A DNA stretch of 64,000 bases from contig JBBRPR010000038.1 of NCBI GenBank assembly GCA_038227875.1, forward strand, positions 1 to 64,000, given 5' to 3'. The notes under the pieces were generated by a model, which worked only from the letters and a program-made list of their open reading frames with translations, did no database searches and was not told the DNA's origin. Source of the stretch: Planctomycetota bacterium. GTDB lineage: Bacteria > Planctomycetota > SZUA-567 > H5-PLA8. The stretch's first letter is position 1. Each line of letters opens with the position of its first letter. Both the position numbers and the translations under genes were made by a program. Of the stretch, positions 35,759-46,252 are shown piece by piece.

Positions 35759-36931
35759 GTGTTTCGAATTCTGCTGCTTACCCTCCTCTGCCTGCCACTG
35801 ATTCTTCGCGCGGAATCCGAACCCACGAAACCGGAGCTCAAGCCGCTGGCGCAACGCATCGCGGATCGCGCATTTCCGTCGGTCTTTCAAGCCTGGAGCC
35901 CCGCCGACAATTTGAAGGGCGAAGACCGCTTCGTCACGATGGCGCGGCACGACCTGGTATTTCATTCCGCGCCTTCCTTTCTCAATCTGGCGTGGAAAGA
36001 GGCCAGCGCGGGTCTGGGGACGGAGTTCACTACAGAGAGCGTCGGCAGGGCAAAAATTATCCGCGACAAAATGCGCGCGTTGAATCCCAATCAGATTTTC
36101 CTTTCAGAAGTCCGCTACCGTGACGCGTGGGATGCGTATCTTCCCGCCGATCATAAATGGTGGAAACGCAAACCCGATGGCCAGCGCGTCCCGGGCTGGG
36201 AAGAAGGCAAGTTCTACATTCTCGATTTCCAGAACGCGGAATTCCGCGCTCACGTCGCGCGGCAATGCAAGGCGATCGTCGAGACCGGACTGGCCGACGG
36301 TGTCATGCTGGATTGGTGGGAAGACGACGAGGACCGACTCGCGCTGATCAAAGCCATTCGCGCAGCCATCGGCGAGCAGGCGTTGATCCTGGTGAACGCC
36401 AACGACCGCCAGATTCCGCGGACGGCGCAATTTATCAACGGCGTGTTCATGGAGTGCTACCGTAGCAAATCCGCCGACGATTGGGCGCGGATAGAAACGA
36501 CGCTCGCCTGGGCCGAAGAACATTTACGCCAGCCGCGCATCAATTGCGTGGAGACCTGGTACGAAAAGTCGCGCCAGGATCTCAACCGCATGCGCGCCAC
36601 CACGACGCTCAGTTTGACGCGCTCCGACGGCTACTGCCTTTTTTCTGATCCCAACGAATTACCCTCGCCGGACCACCTTCACGATTGGTATCCGTTCTGG
36701 GACAAAAGCCTCGGCAAGGCGACCGGTAAGGGAAAGCTCCGACCCGACGGCGCATGGGAACGCGACTACGAACGCGGCAGCGCCGTCTACAATTCTGCTT
36801 CCAATACAGCCGTGAAGATCACATTCGATTTCGACCGAACCAGCGCAGCGTCCGGAACAAAAGCGCGCGAGTTCACGCTCCCACCACTGGACGGCGATCT
36901 ATTCCTGAAGCCCGACGAGCCGAAAAAATAG
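35759..36931 (+). CDS. Putative glycoside hydrolase (GHL15-like TIM barrel), secreted
   Basis: Signal peptide; LNPNQIFL, DGVMLDWW, NGVFME and C-terminal W.R.YE.G...N motifs; GGGGAG RBS. Confidence 0.7.
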   Translation: MFRILLLTLLCLPLILRAESEPTKPELKPLAQRIADRAFPSVFQAWSPADNLKGEDRFVTMARHDLVFHSAPSFLNLAWKEASAGLGTEFTTESVGRAKIIRDKMRALNPNQIFLSEVRYRDAWDAYLPADHKWWKRKPDGQRVPGWEEGKFYILDFQNAEFRAHVARQCKAIVETGLADGVMLDWWEDDEDRLALIKAIRAAIGEQALILVNANDRQIPRTAQFINGVFMECYRSKSADDWARIETTLAWAEEHLRQPRINCVETWYEKSRQDLNRMRATTTLSLTRSDGYCLFSDPNELPSPDHLHDWYPFWDKSLGKATGKGKLRPDGAWERDYERGSAVYNSASNTAVKITFDFDRTSAASGTKAREFTLPPLDGDLFLKPDEPKK

Positions 36932-36949
36932 TGCGGCCAACGCCGGGGT

Positions 36950-39900
36950 TCATTCGCCCATCAGTATCAGGTCGCCCACCGTATCGATCTGCTTGGTGTG
37001 CGGGTTGCCGAACCATCCGATGAAACCCGTGCGCCCCTTGCCGTCGTCTTCGTTCACGATCATCGACAGCCCCAGATTCGCGCCCGCGACGGGCTTGAAC
37101 GGAGCGAGGCGCGACCAGGGAATCGCCAGCTCGTAAACCATGCCGCCCTCGCGCGGTTTGGCGGCGACCACGATGTCCGTCAGCGCACCCACCGGCGTCG
37201 AACTGCTGCCGGAAAGAAAACACCACGCTTGCGGACCCTTCTTGCCCAGCGCCATGCCCAGATCGTACTTGCCCGACTTCTCGCTCGATTCGCGCTTCGG
37301 ATCGATCAGAAATTGCAGCCCGTCGCCCGCCCAGAGTTCGCCGTCCTGCTTCGTGTTGGAGAAGACGTCGTCGCTCACGTCGACCGCGACGTACAGAAAT
37401 TTCTCGTCCCACAAGTAGCGCATCGTTGCCGACAGATCCGCCGCGCCCTTCCACAGCACGTCCTTGTCGAGCGTGAAGTACTGCTGCTTCTGGTCGAGAC
37501 GCTGAACCGGGGCGCGCTTCCAATCGGCTTCGTCGAGCACCCCGTCGATCGACGGCGGCGCAGCCACTTTCGGCACCGCGACGAAACCGCCGAGCATCCG
37601 TTCAGCCGTGAGATTGCCGCCGCTGGCGTCGGTGATCGTCGCGGTCACGGCATAGAGCTTGATCGGGTCGGCGCCGGATACCGGCACACTCACCGCGGCC
37701 TCCTGCTTGGCCGGCACAGTCAGCGTTCCGGTCGTGGCCTCGCTGAAAAACGCCTGCGTCGCCGTCTGCGCCGCGTACTGGCCGTCGATGAGGCTGCGTT
37801 CGCCGCTCAGTGAGATGGACCACGTCAGCGTCTGGGTGTCCGCGGAAAAATTGTGCACGAGAATCTTCGCCGCGGACTTGCCGTCCGCAGCCGCGGGCAC
37901 GGGTCGCACGTCGATCGTCAAATGTCCCGAGAGCGCCGGCCGGAAAGAAAGCTCGCCGGTAATTCCGCCCGCCGCATTGGCCACGCGGATCAGAATTTCA
38001 CCCTCACGCACCGCGCTGGTTTCCGGTGACGTAATGGTGAAGCGAAGCGGCGTGCCTGGGGTCGTCTCCACCTTCCAGCCCAGCGGCGCAAGCAGTGAGA
38101 CCAGCTTCGCATCCACGGTTCCCGCGACGTCGACCGTCGCCGGTACGCCGCGCACCATCGTGACCGGAATCCCGCTCAGCGAAACGGCCGGCTCGCCCAG
38201 CGCATCCGGCAGGTCCGCCGCGCCGTCGAAATTCAACAGCAGCGGATCCTCGTTCAGCGTCAACGTCAGTCCCTTGCCTTCTGCGTCCAGCGCGGAGCGT
38301 CGGCCGTCAATGTGAATCGCCTGCACCGCTTTGACATCCTTCAGCGCGACGAAGATATCCTTGCGCCCCTTGTCCTTCCACAGCACCGCGAACGCATGCT
38401 GCTCCGCGTCGCGGAAGAGCACGGCGTGGATCCCGTCGGCGTAGTTGCGCTCGGTCGAGAATTTCTTGATGCCGATGCCGTTGACAAGATTGTAGAGCGT
38501 CACCGCGTCCAGCCGCGCGGCGTACTTGCAGTAACGGCTGTCGAAGATGTTCATCGCGTCGCCGGAGCTGCCGAAGTTCTGCGCATCGTTGTCGGGGTAG
38601 AGAAAATCGAACCACGAAATATTTGCGCCGCCCGCCGCGAAGAAAACCGCGAACTTCCGGATCATGTCGCCGGCGATGTGCTGCCGCGTCAGGCCTTGAC
38701 TGTTGAGGCCGATTTCCGTCGACCAGATCGGCTTGACGCAGTTGTATTTCTTCATCAGCGCCTGATAGCTCTTGATCGCCTCGCGCACATTCTCCGGCGC
38801 TTCGTAGACGTGAAAATCGAAGGCGTCGCAGGCGTTCTGGTATCCGGCCTGAAAATATTCCTCGGTCGGCGGCACCGACGTCGCCAGCACGATAATCGTC
38901 GGGTCGATCTTCTTCATTTCGTCGTAGACGATCGTGTACGCGTGAACGCTCTCCTTGAGACGCTCGCCTTTGTTGTTCGGCTCATTTCCCAGGTCGATGA
39001 TCAGCGGCCGGTTCTTGCCGAACGTCGCGACGAAATTGCGCGCGCCTTCGCGCAAGGCTTTCTCGTCGTACTTTTCATAGCCGCCGTGATGTCCTTCGAT
39101 CGTTCCCGACGGACAACCCGTCAGGACTCCCATGTTCAGTTCCGTGCAGACGTCGTACATCGGCGCGTCCGGTTTGTATGGCGGCGTAGCAGACCAGCCG
39201 CCCCAAAGCCCGGCAACGCGAATGCCGACACGGTCGGTCAGGCGGATGTATTCCGGAAAGCGGTTGTCCCAATTGCGCGAGGTAAATGGAATCTGATCGG
39301 CCTTGAATTTCTTATTCGGCGCTTCGGGCAGAATCACGAAGCCCGCGAAGTTCTTGAAGGGATCGCCCTCTCCCAGCGGCACTTCCGCGTGGACTTCGTA
39401 ATAGCGTCCAATTTCCAGCGGCGCACCCGCCAGATCAATCTGGCCTTCGTAAACGAGCCGATTCTTGTTCTTGCCCTTCGCCGCCACCACGAGCGAACCG
39501 GCCGCCGTCTGCTCCGCGCCCCAGTAATCGCGTACGATCCAGGAGAGTTTGCGTTCTGCTTCCGTCAGTTCGCGATACGATTCAACCGTAATCGAAAACG
39601 TGCGCGGATCGTCCGGATGAAACATATTTCCCAACTGCGGCGAGGCGAACACCACGCGGTTGACCACCGGAGCCCGCACGCTGCTGCCCGCCGACGACGC
39701 GGTGAGCGCATCGACCCAGAAGCGCCCCTCGCATTTGTTTAACCGCACTGAAAAACGTGCGGCCGCCGCCTGCTTCGGAATCTCCACGCGCTTGCGTGCC
39801 AGTTGCCACGCGTGTTTGCCGAAGAGTTCGCCCACCGTGTGCGTCTCGATCTGTTTGCCCGACGCGTCGAAAATTTCAAATGAGACCATTCCGTTGAACG

Positions 39901-40753
39901 ACGAATCCGGCGACGTCAGTTCCGACTTCAGCGCGCATGAAACCGTCCACTGCCCGGGCGTCACCGGAAATTTCGCGCCTTCCGCCGAGCACGGTTTTTC
40001 AATATCCGCCGCGGAGCGCTGCACCAGCAGCGCATGTTTGCCCTGAAACGCATCTTTCGGATCGATCGAGATTGCGCCTTCGCTCTTCCACTCGGGCGGC
40101 ACCGTCGCCGCGTCCTCAAAGTCGCAGGAGTACGTCGCGGTGTGGGAACTGGCCGAGACGCCCGAGACCCAGATTTTCAGCGGTGTCTTGCCGTCGCCGA
40201 TTCTTCCCAGCAGCAGCACAATCAGGTTCAGCTTGCCGTGCCACTTGCCATCGTTGGCGCCGCCCCAATGCTCGTACTTCGCGACGCCCTTCACCGCTTC
40301 AGCCGTGCCCTGGTTGGCGAAAAAGCGTTCGACGGGAAATGTCACCAGCCGCCAGTCGTCGGAGACCGGATCGAAGTGCAGCGAAATCTGATGGCATTGC
40401 TTCGAGCCGTCGATCAGGCGCATGCCAATGCCCGAGACGCCCGGCGCTTTGATCCAGAACGAGAGCGCCGACAAATTCAAATTCAGCGCCGCGACATCGC
40501 GGCTCATCTGCACGTAATTGCCGCCGCCGGTGAAATCGCCGCTCAGCCGCAAGCTCTCGCGGCCGTCGTGTTTCACCTCCGCGTCGGCCTCGAGTTCGCC
40601 TTTCGCGCCAGGAAATTCGCGGCCGTTATCGAACGCCCAGCCCAGCGCCGGCTTTCCCGAGACCAGCAGCTGCACGTCCTGCTCCGCGCGCACGGAGGAC
40701 AGTGTCGACAGTGCCACTGCAATCAGGACCACGATTGGCATTCGCATACACAT
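36950..40753 (-). CDS. Secreted multi-domain clan GH-A-like glycoside hydrolase with CBM-like domains and C-terminal CBM9-like domain
   Basis: Signal peptide; GNEPN (acid/base), DFHVY, IWSTEIG (nucleophile); C-terminal PSIDGVLDEADW...WDEKFLYVAVDVSDD...YELAIPW. Confidence 0.8.
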   Translation of the reverse strand: MCMRMPIVVLIAVALSTLSSVRAEQDVQLLVSGKPALGWAFDNGREFPGAKGELEADAEVKHDGRESLRLSGDFTGGGNYVQMSRDVAALNLNLSALSFWIKAPGVSGIGMRLIDGSKQCHQISLHFDPVSDDWRLVTFPVERFFANQGTAEAVKGVAKYEHWGGANDGKWHGKLNLIVLLLGRIGDGKTPLKIWVSGVSASSHTATYSCDFEDAATVPPEWKSEGAISIDPKDAFQGKHALLVQRSAADIEKPCSAEGAKFPVTPGQWTVSCALKSELTSPDSSFNGMVSFEIFDASGKQIETHTVGELFGKHAWQLARKRVEIPKQAAAARFSVRLNKCEGRFWVDALTASSAGSSVRAPVVNRVVFASPQLGNMFHPDDPRTFSITVESYRELTEAERKLSWIVRDYWGAEQTAAGSLVVAAKGKNKNRLVYEGQIDLAGAPLEIGRYYEVHAEVPLGEGDPFKNFAGFVILPEAPNKKFKADQIPFTSRNWDNRFPEYIRLTDRVGIRVAGLWGGWSATPPYKPDAPMYDVCTELNMGVLTGCPSGTIEGHHGGYEKYDEKALREGARNFVATFGKNRPLIIDLGNEPNNKGERLKESVHAYTIVYDEMKKIDPTIIVLATSVPPTEEYFQAGYQNACDAFDFHVYEAPENVREAIKSYQALMKKYNCVKPIWSTEIGLNSQGLTRQHIAGDMIRKFAVFFAAGGANISWFDFLYPDNDAQNFGSSGDAMNIFDSRYCKYAARLDAVTLYNLVNGIGIKKFSTERNYADGIHAVLFRDAEQHAFAVLWKDKGRKDIFVALKDVKAVQAIHIDGRRSALDAEGKGLTLTLNEDPLLLNFDGAADLPDALGEPAVSLSGIPVTMVRGVPATVDVAGTVDAKLVSLLAPLGWKVETTPGTPLRFTITSPETSAVREGEILIRVANAAGGITGELSFRPALSGHLTIDVRPVPAAADGKSAAKILVHNFSADTQTLTWSISLSGERSLIDGQYAAQTATQAFFSEATTGTLTVPAKQEAAVSVPVSGADPIKLYAVTATITDASGGNLTAERMLGGFVAVPKVAAPPSIDGVLDEADWKRAPVQRLDQKQQYFTLDKDVLWKGAADLSATMRYLWDEKFLYVAVDVSDDVFSNTKQDGELWAGDGLQFLIDPKRESSEKSGKYDLGMALGKKGPQAWCFLSGSSSTPVGALTDIVVAAKPREGGMVYELAIPWSRLAPFKPVAGANLGLSMIVNEDDGKGRTGFIGWFGNPHTKQIDTVGDLILMGE

Positions 40754-40771
40754 TCCCCCTGACAGATACGC

Positions 40772-41914
40772 TCACACGTTTGCAGCAAATTTTCGCGTCG
40801 CGGATTTTCGCGCCCCCGTTTTGGCCGGGCACGACGACTCCCGCACGATCAGCGGCACTGTTTTCGGCTGCAGCAGCAGCGGACCGGCCCACGGCGTCTC
40901 GCGCTGCGCCACCCAATCCAGGCAGGTCGTCACATACGGCGCGGGATCAGTCGGCTCCAGCGCCGTCACCGACGGCATCAGCAACTGCGCGTAGCCTTCG
41001 CCGTTGACCACGCCGATGGCCACGTCGCGGCCGGGCCGGATCTTGCAATCGGAAAGCGCGCGCATCGCGCCGACAGCCGCGGGCGCCGTCGTGCAGAGCA
41101 GCGCCGTGACATCGAACTGCTTCGCCTTGATCGCCTGTCTCACCGCCGTGTACGCCGCCTGAAACGGCGTCGTCTGCACCGGCACCGGCGCATCCCACAA
41201 CCGTCCGGTCAGTTCGTGCGCCGCGTTCCAGATCTTCCATTGCCCGATGCGTTCGCGAATCACATCGTCGTGCGGCTGCGTATTCAAGCAGCCGATCCGC
41301 GCGTGCCCCAGCGCCGCGAAATGATCGAGCAGCCGCTGCACGAACACCGGCGGAAAAAGCTGGATCGAAACAAATCCGCGGTCGCTCCAGTCGTCATCGA
41401 CAACCACCAACCGCGGCGTCTCCTTCAGCCTCTGCAGCACCCGCGGCGGAATCGCGCCGGAGACCGGAATCAGAAACGACGCGTCGAATCCCTTCAGCGC
41501 ATCCAGCAACGTCGGGTCATCCCAGTGAACGTACAGCACCGGCCGCAGCGTCCATCCGCGCTTTCGCACCGCTGCGTCGAGCGCAATGCGCCAGCCTTCC
41601 ACGTTGGGCGACGAGTACGTCGGCGCCAGCAGCGCGATCTGCCGCGGCGGCGGGAGCGGCGAGCCATTCCCGTTCGCTTTGCCGTTCCCTTTATTCGCGC
41701 CGGGAACATTTTTGCGGCTGATCTCCAGCCGCCCGTTGGGCCGCCGCACGATCCAGCCGTCGTTGAGCAACTCCTTCACTGCGCGCCGCGCCGTCATGTA
41801 CGAAACGCCAGTCTCGAGCGCCAACTGCCGCTCCGCCGGAAAATTCGTGAGCGCATAGTCCCCCTGAGCGATACGGGTGCGGAGCAGCGCGACGACGTGC
41901 GAATACTTCTTCAT
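40772..41914 (-). CDS. GntR-family HTH plus LacI-type sugar-binding domain transcriptional regulator
   Basis: FPAERQLALETGVSYMTARRAV GntR HTH; periplasmic-binding-protein-like C-terminus (GHARIG, PSVT, LIVRES). Confidence 0.9.
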   Translation of the reverse strand: MKKYSHVVALLRTRIAQGDYALTNFPAERQLALETGVSYMTARRAVKELLNDGWIVRRPNGRLEISRKNVPGANKGNGKANGNGSPLPPPRQIALLAPTYSSPNVEGWRIALDAAVRKRGWTLRPVLYVHWDDPTLLDALKGFDASFLIPVSGAIPPRVLQRLKETPRLVVVDDDWSDRGFVSIQLFPPVFVQRLLDHFAALGHARIGCLNTQPHDDVIRERIGQWKIWNAAHELTGRLWDAPVPVQTTPFQAAYTAVRQAIKAKQFDVTALLCTTAPAAVGAMRALSDCKIRPGRDVAIGVVNGEGYAQLLMPSVTALEPTDPAPYVTTCLDWVAQRETPWAGPLLLQPKTVPLIVRESSCPAKTGARKSATRKFAANV

Positions 41915-41942
41915 AGCAACTGACTATACATTTGTTTCTAAT

Positions 41943-41959
41943 TATAGCAAGATGCTATA
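41943..41959. promoter_or_regulatory. Palindromic operator candidate upstream of the GntR gene
   Basis: TATAGCA-AGA-TGCTATA perfect inverted repeat about 30 nt upstream of the start codon. Confidence 0.55.
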
Positions 41960-42024
41960 CATAACTTTTTTTGAGAGGAACCGACAAAGTTGGCGGCAGC
42001 GATTACGCCGCGTATTCTCAGCCC

Positions 42025-42864
42025 TCAGCCCTTCCCTTCCTCCCGCATCGCCACGCGCCGCCGGTACTCCAGTGGCGTCTGCGCCGTGTGCCGCTTGAAG
42101 AAGCGATAGAAGTAATACGCGTCTGCAAATCCCAGCTCGAGCGCCACGTCCTGAACTTTCTCGTCAGTCCCGGCCAGCCGCTCCTTGGCGCGTTGGATCA
42201 GCACGTCCTGCAGGTGTTTCTTGAGCGGGATGCCGAAGCTGCGCTGAAAGCCTTTCGAGAGCGCCGCGCGCGGACGGCGCAGTCGCTGCGCCAATTCGGC
42301 GACGGTCATCGTCGCGTTGCATTTGAGGCGGATGTGATCGAGCAATTCGCGGTAGCGATGCGCGTGGTCCATGCGCGGCTGCAGGCGCTCGAAAAATGGC
42401 GCGCCGACGCGGCAGATCGCTTGCAGCAGCGCTGATTGCCAGCGCATCCGCATCGCACCATCGCCAGGGAATGTGGCGTTGAGCTCCTGTGACAGCGCCG
42501 CGCAGTCCGGCACGTTCAGAATTCCGTCGGCCGTGCGGAACACGTCGAGCCCGGCAAAGTCCTGCACCTGGACGTGGAAAAATCGGAACTCGCTGCCGCC
42601 GCGGTAATCGACTTCAAACGACTGACCCGCGGGCAACAGATAAATCTGACCCACCGCCAAGTTGCGTACTCGCGAACCCATCTGGATCCGGCAACCGCCC
42701 TTACGGAACAGAAACAACCGGTTGAACGGCGGGCTGGGATGGTCGAAGTGCGTCTTCTGAGCAAACTGCGCCAAACCGCTCTCCAGGAAACACAACCGCA
42801 CCGGCAGTTGCAGCGCCGGGTCGCGGAGCAGATACGTGATTTCGCTGCCTTCCTGCTGGATCAT
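42025..42864 (-). CDS. AraC family transcriptional regulator
   Basis: Cupin-like N-terminus; C-terminal VALELGFADAYYFYRFFKRHTAQTPLEYR. Confidence 0.93.
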   Translation of the reverse strand: MIQQEGSEITYLLRDPALQLPVRLCFLESGLAQFAQKTHFDHPSPPFNRLFLFRKGGCRIQMGSRVRNLAVGQIYLLPAGQSFEVDYRGGSEFRFFHVQVQDFAGLDVFRTADGILNVPDCAALSQELNATFPGDGAMRMRWQSALLQAICRVGAPFFERLQPRMDHAHRYRELLDHIRLKCNATMTVAELAQRLRRPRAALSKGFQRSFGIPLKKHLQDVLIQRAKERLAGTDEKVQDVALELGFADAYYFYRFFKRHTAQTPLEYRRRVAMREEGKG

Positions 42865-42967
42865 GTCTCAAAAGTATAGTCATTTTGAACACATGTCCAT
42901 TGTAGACCACGCTCCAGTGGAGTTATTTTAACAGTCGTTGCGCTTGAACCTTCTCTGGGGACTATCC

Positions 42968-44404
42968 ATGAGCATCTTCTATTGCCCTCCAACTGAAAAC
43001 GGCGGCGGCGTCGCGGCGGATTTCATTCCGTTTTACTGGCAGGGCGAATACCACATCTTTTACCTCCGCGACTACCGCAACGCGGAGAAACACGGCGAAG
43101 GCACGCCCTGGTTCCACCTCAGCACGCGCGATTTCGTGAACTTCACCGATCACGGCGAAGCCATTCCGCGCGGACCGGTCGGTTCGCAAGACCAGTGGAT
43201 TTTCACCGGCAGTGTCTTTGAATCCGCCGGCGTCTTCCACATTTTCTACACTGGTCACAATCGCAATCTGAAGGACCGGCCGATCGAAGGCGTGATGCAC
43301 GCGACCAGTTCCGATCTCAAAAACTGGACCAAGGATCCCGACTTCTTCCTGCGCGCGCCGGCGGAGTACGAGCCCAACGACTGGCGCGATCCGTTCATCT
43401 TCAAAGACGAACGCAGCGGAAAATTCCAGATGCTCCTGGCCGCGCGACGCACGTCCGGTCCCGCGCGCAACCGCGGCTGCACCGCGCTGCTTTCCAGCCC
43501 CGACCTGGCGCGCTGGACGGTCGAACAACCGTTCTGGTCGCCCGACGCTTACTTCACGCACGAATGTCCGGACTACTTCCGCAGCGGCGACTGGCACTAC
43601 CTTGTCTACTCCGAATTCAGCGAAGGATGCCTGACGCGGTACCGCGACAGCCGCTCAATCGACGGCCCGTGGCGCACGCCGCCCGGCGCGGACGGCGGCG
43701 AGAGCTTCGATGCCCGCGCGTACTACGCCGCCAAAACCGCCTCCGACGGCCGCCAGCGCTTCGCGTTCGGCTGGCTCCCCACCCGCAACGGCGACAAGGA
43801 CGACGGCCATTTTCAGTGGGGCGGCAATCTGGTCGTACATGAAGTCGAGCAGCATCCCGACGGTCTGCTCACCGTCCGCGCGCCGCGCGCGGTCCTCGCC
43901 AGTTTCAACCGCGAACTGCCGCTGAACTCCGCCACGAAACTCGGCGAGTGGCGCAGCGACGGCCGCTCCGTCTCCACGCGCTCTGAAGGAAAGCAGTCGC
44001 TGCTCACGCTCGGCGCAATGCCGGGCGAATGTCTCCTGGAGACCACGCTCAAACTCGATTCCGCCTCGCGCGCGGGCGTGCTACTCCGCGTCGATGAGAA
44101 AGCCGAAACGTATTACCAACTCCGCGTCGAACCGCAGCGCCAGCGCGTGGTGATCGACCGCTGGCCGCGTCCCGGCGATCAGCCGTTCATGCTGGAACGC
44201 CCCGTCGCGCTTCCACCCGGCGCCCCGGTAAAGCTGCAACTCATCGCCGCCGGCACGTGCCTCGTCGCTTACATCAACGATCGTGTCGCGCTCTCCTGTC
44301 GCATGTACGATCACGCCGCGGGCGAATGGGGCGTGTGTGTGGACGACGGACATGCCGAATTTTCCGAGTGCTCGATGCGCATTCAAGCTGGAAATAGCCT
44401 GTGA
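42968..44404 (+). CDS. Glycoside hydrolase family 32 (beta-fructofuranosidase-like)
   Basis: AADFIPF nucleophile region, FTGS, WRDP, HECP, YYAAK motifs and a C-terminal beta-sandwich; no signal peptide. Confidence 0.9.
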   Translation: MSIFYCPPTENGGGVAADFIPFYWQGEYHIFYLRDYRNAEKHGEGTPWFHLSTRDFVNFTDHGEAIPRGPVGSQDQWIFTGSVFESAGVFHIFYTGHNRNLKDRPIEGVMHATSSDLKNWTKDPDFFLRAPAEYEPNDWRDPFIFKDERSGKFQMLLAARRTSGPARNRGCTALLSSPDLARWTVEQPFWSPDAYFTHECPDYFRSGDWHYLVYSEFSEGCLTRYRDSRSIDGPWRTPPGADGGESFDARAYYAAKTASDGRQRFAFGWLPTRNGDKDDGHFQWGGNLVVHEVEQHPDGLLTVRAPRAVLASFNRELPLNSATKLGEWRSDGRSVSTRSEGKQSLLTLGAMPGECLLETTLKLDSASRAGVLLRVDEKAETYYQLRVEPQRQRVVIDRWPRPGDQPFMLERPVALPPGAPVKLQLIAAGTCLVAYINDRVALSCRMYDHAAGEWGVCVDDGHAEFSECSMRIQAGNSL

Positions 44405-44491
44405 ATGCTGGAAATTTCATGCACCCGTGGCGTATCCTGACGACACTCTTTAATGGTGTCCCTGACATACGATTCTTCAGGAGTGGTCACG

Positions 44492-45574
44492 ATGCGCACG
44501 AACGTTCTGTCCGTCTTTCTCCTTGTCGCCACGGCCCTTACGACAACTTCATGGTCGTCCGAACCCGTGCGAGCCATCGCGACGCCCGATGGCGGCGCCG
44601 CGCAGCACGCAATCACCGATGCCGACGGCACGATCCACCTGCTCTATGACAAGGGCAACGAACCGTTCTACGCCAAATCCACCGACGGCGGTGCGACGTT
44701 CTCGGCGCCGCTCCCGCTGGTCGACGCTGCGTCGAAAAAACCGGAACTCAATTACATCGTCTGGGACATGGCGCTGGGCAAGAGCGGCCAGGTGTTTGCG
44801 GTGCTCGGCAATAACGCGTGGCAGCTGAAGTTGCCCAAGGATCAGTTTGGACTTTTTTTCACCACGCTCGAACCTGGCGCAAAAGCCTTCACGCCGCTGC
44901 GCAACATCAATCATGAACCCAGCGAAGGATTCGCCATCGCCGCCGACGGCAAAGGCAACGTGGCGCTCAGTTGGCTGAAAGGAAAGATCTTCGCCTCAAT
45001 TTCACGCGACGGCGGCAAGACCTTTAGCCCCGGCGCGGAATTGAGCCCCAGTTTGAATCCCTGCCCGTGCTGCACCACCGCGCTGACCTACGGCGCCGAC
45101 GGCAAGCTCGCGATGCTTTACCGCGAACAGACCAACGATGACCGGGAACTTTACATGGTCCTCGTCGGCACCGATGGCAAGCAGACCCGCCAGAAAGTCA
45201 GCACGATCCCGTGGAAAGTCAACGCCTGCCCGATGACGTACTACAGCGTCAACCCGTCGAAGGACGGCTACACCACCGCGTACCCGATGAAGGGCGAGAT
45301 TTATTTCACGCGCCTCAGCGCCGACGGTAAGGTACTGCCGCCCGGCGAAATCAAAACCGCCGGCAAAAGCGGCATGCGCAGCGGCATCATCACGGTCAGC
45401 AATTCCAACGGCGACACACTGGTCGCGTGGAACAGCGAAAGCAAAGTGAACTGGAAAGTCTACGACGCCAAAGGAGCGCCCGTCGCCGGCGCCGGTTCCG
45501 GCTCCGAACCCACCCGCGGCAAAGGCCTGGCCGCCGCGCTGGCGAAGGACGGGACGTTTTTGATTTTCAAATAA
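44492..45574 (+). CDS. Secreted BNR/Asp-box beta-propeller (sialidase-like fold) protein
   Basis: Signal peptide; Asp-boxes STDGGATFS and SRDGGKTFS; CPCC and WKVNACPM motifs; AGGAG RBS. Confidence 0.82.
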   Translation: MRTNVLSVFLLVATALTTTSWSSEPVRAIATPDGGAAQHAITDADGTIHLLYDKGNEPFYAKSTDGGATFSAPLPLVDAASKKPELNYIVWDMALGKSGQVFAVLGNNAWQLKLPKDQFGLFFTTLEPGAKAFTPLRNINHEPSEGFAIAADGKGNVALSWLKGKIFASISRDGGKTFSPGAELSPSLNPCPCCTTALTYGADGKLAMLYREQTNDDRELYMVLVGTDGKQTRQKVSTIPWKVNACPMTYYSVNPSKDGYTTAYPMKGEIYFTRLSADGKVLPPGEIKTAGKSGMRSGIITVSNSNGDTLVAWNSESKVNWKVYDAKGAPVAGAGSGSEPTRGKGLAAALAKDGTFLIFK

Positions 45575-45608
45575 CGCCTCACGCGCGCCGCGAATAGAAT
45601 GCGTGGGT

Positions 45609-46037
45609 ATGAAAACGGTCCACGCAATATGTACTCCCACGCAGTTCTTTCAAAACCTGGCCAGCGCCACGGAACGTTATTCAGATCAACGTTTCTTCAC
45701 GTTCCTGGACGGCAAGCTGGTCAGCGTCATCGCCGAACCGAATTTCAGAATCTGGCCTCGATCGAAAGGCTGCAGTCCCGTTGTCGTGGGACGCGTCGAT
45801 AGTTCAGTCAATGGAATAACGGTCCATTGGCACTCCCGATTACCGCTGCCGATAATCCTTGTCTATTCCGCCATGGGTCTTTTCGCACTCGTTGCATTTC
45901 CATTGGAAGCGTCCATGTTTGTACTAGCTGCAATCTCGATCCTGGTGGCCATGTTCTCTTTTTTCGGCCGGACAAATCAGGCAAAGATCGAACGCCTCAT
46001 TCATGAAGCCGCGGGCGCGGAGCCGCTCGAAAAATGA
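45609..46037 (+). CDS. Hypothetical membrane protein
   Basis: Open frame with two C-terminal hydrophobic helices; stop overlaps the next start (ATGA). Confidence 0.6.
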   Translation: MKTVHAICTPTQFFQNLASATERYSDQRFFTFLDGKLVSVIAEPNFRIWPRSKGCSPVVVGRVDSSVNGITVHWHSRLPLPIILVYSAMGLFALVAFPLEASMFVLAAISILVAMFSFFGRTNQAKIERLIHEAAGAEPLEK

Positions 46038-46245
46038 ACGATGTCCCCGTCCGCCGTCCCTGGCGCATCCATCTCAGCACCGCGCTCATCCTGATGTTCG
46101 CCGCCGCGCTGATGATGCTTCCGATCAGCTCAATCATCCACGAAGCCACATCTCCCAACATTTCAACGCCTTGGTCATACTTTTCGCGATTGGATTCATC
46201 TCTGAGGCGGCAATCTTCCACCGCTTTGCGCGCCGTAATTTTTAA
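46034..46245 (+). pseudogene. Small two-TM protein split across two frames
   Basis: N-terminal RRPWRIHLSTALILMFAAALMML in one frame and C-terminal FNALVILFAIGFISEAAIFHRFARR in another; junction about 46120-46160. Confidence 0.5.
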
Positions 46246-46252
46246 ACCTTTC

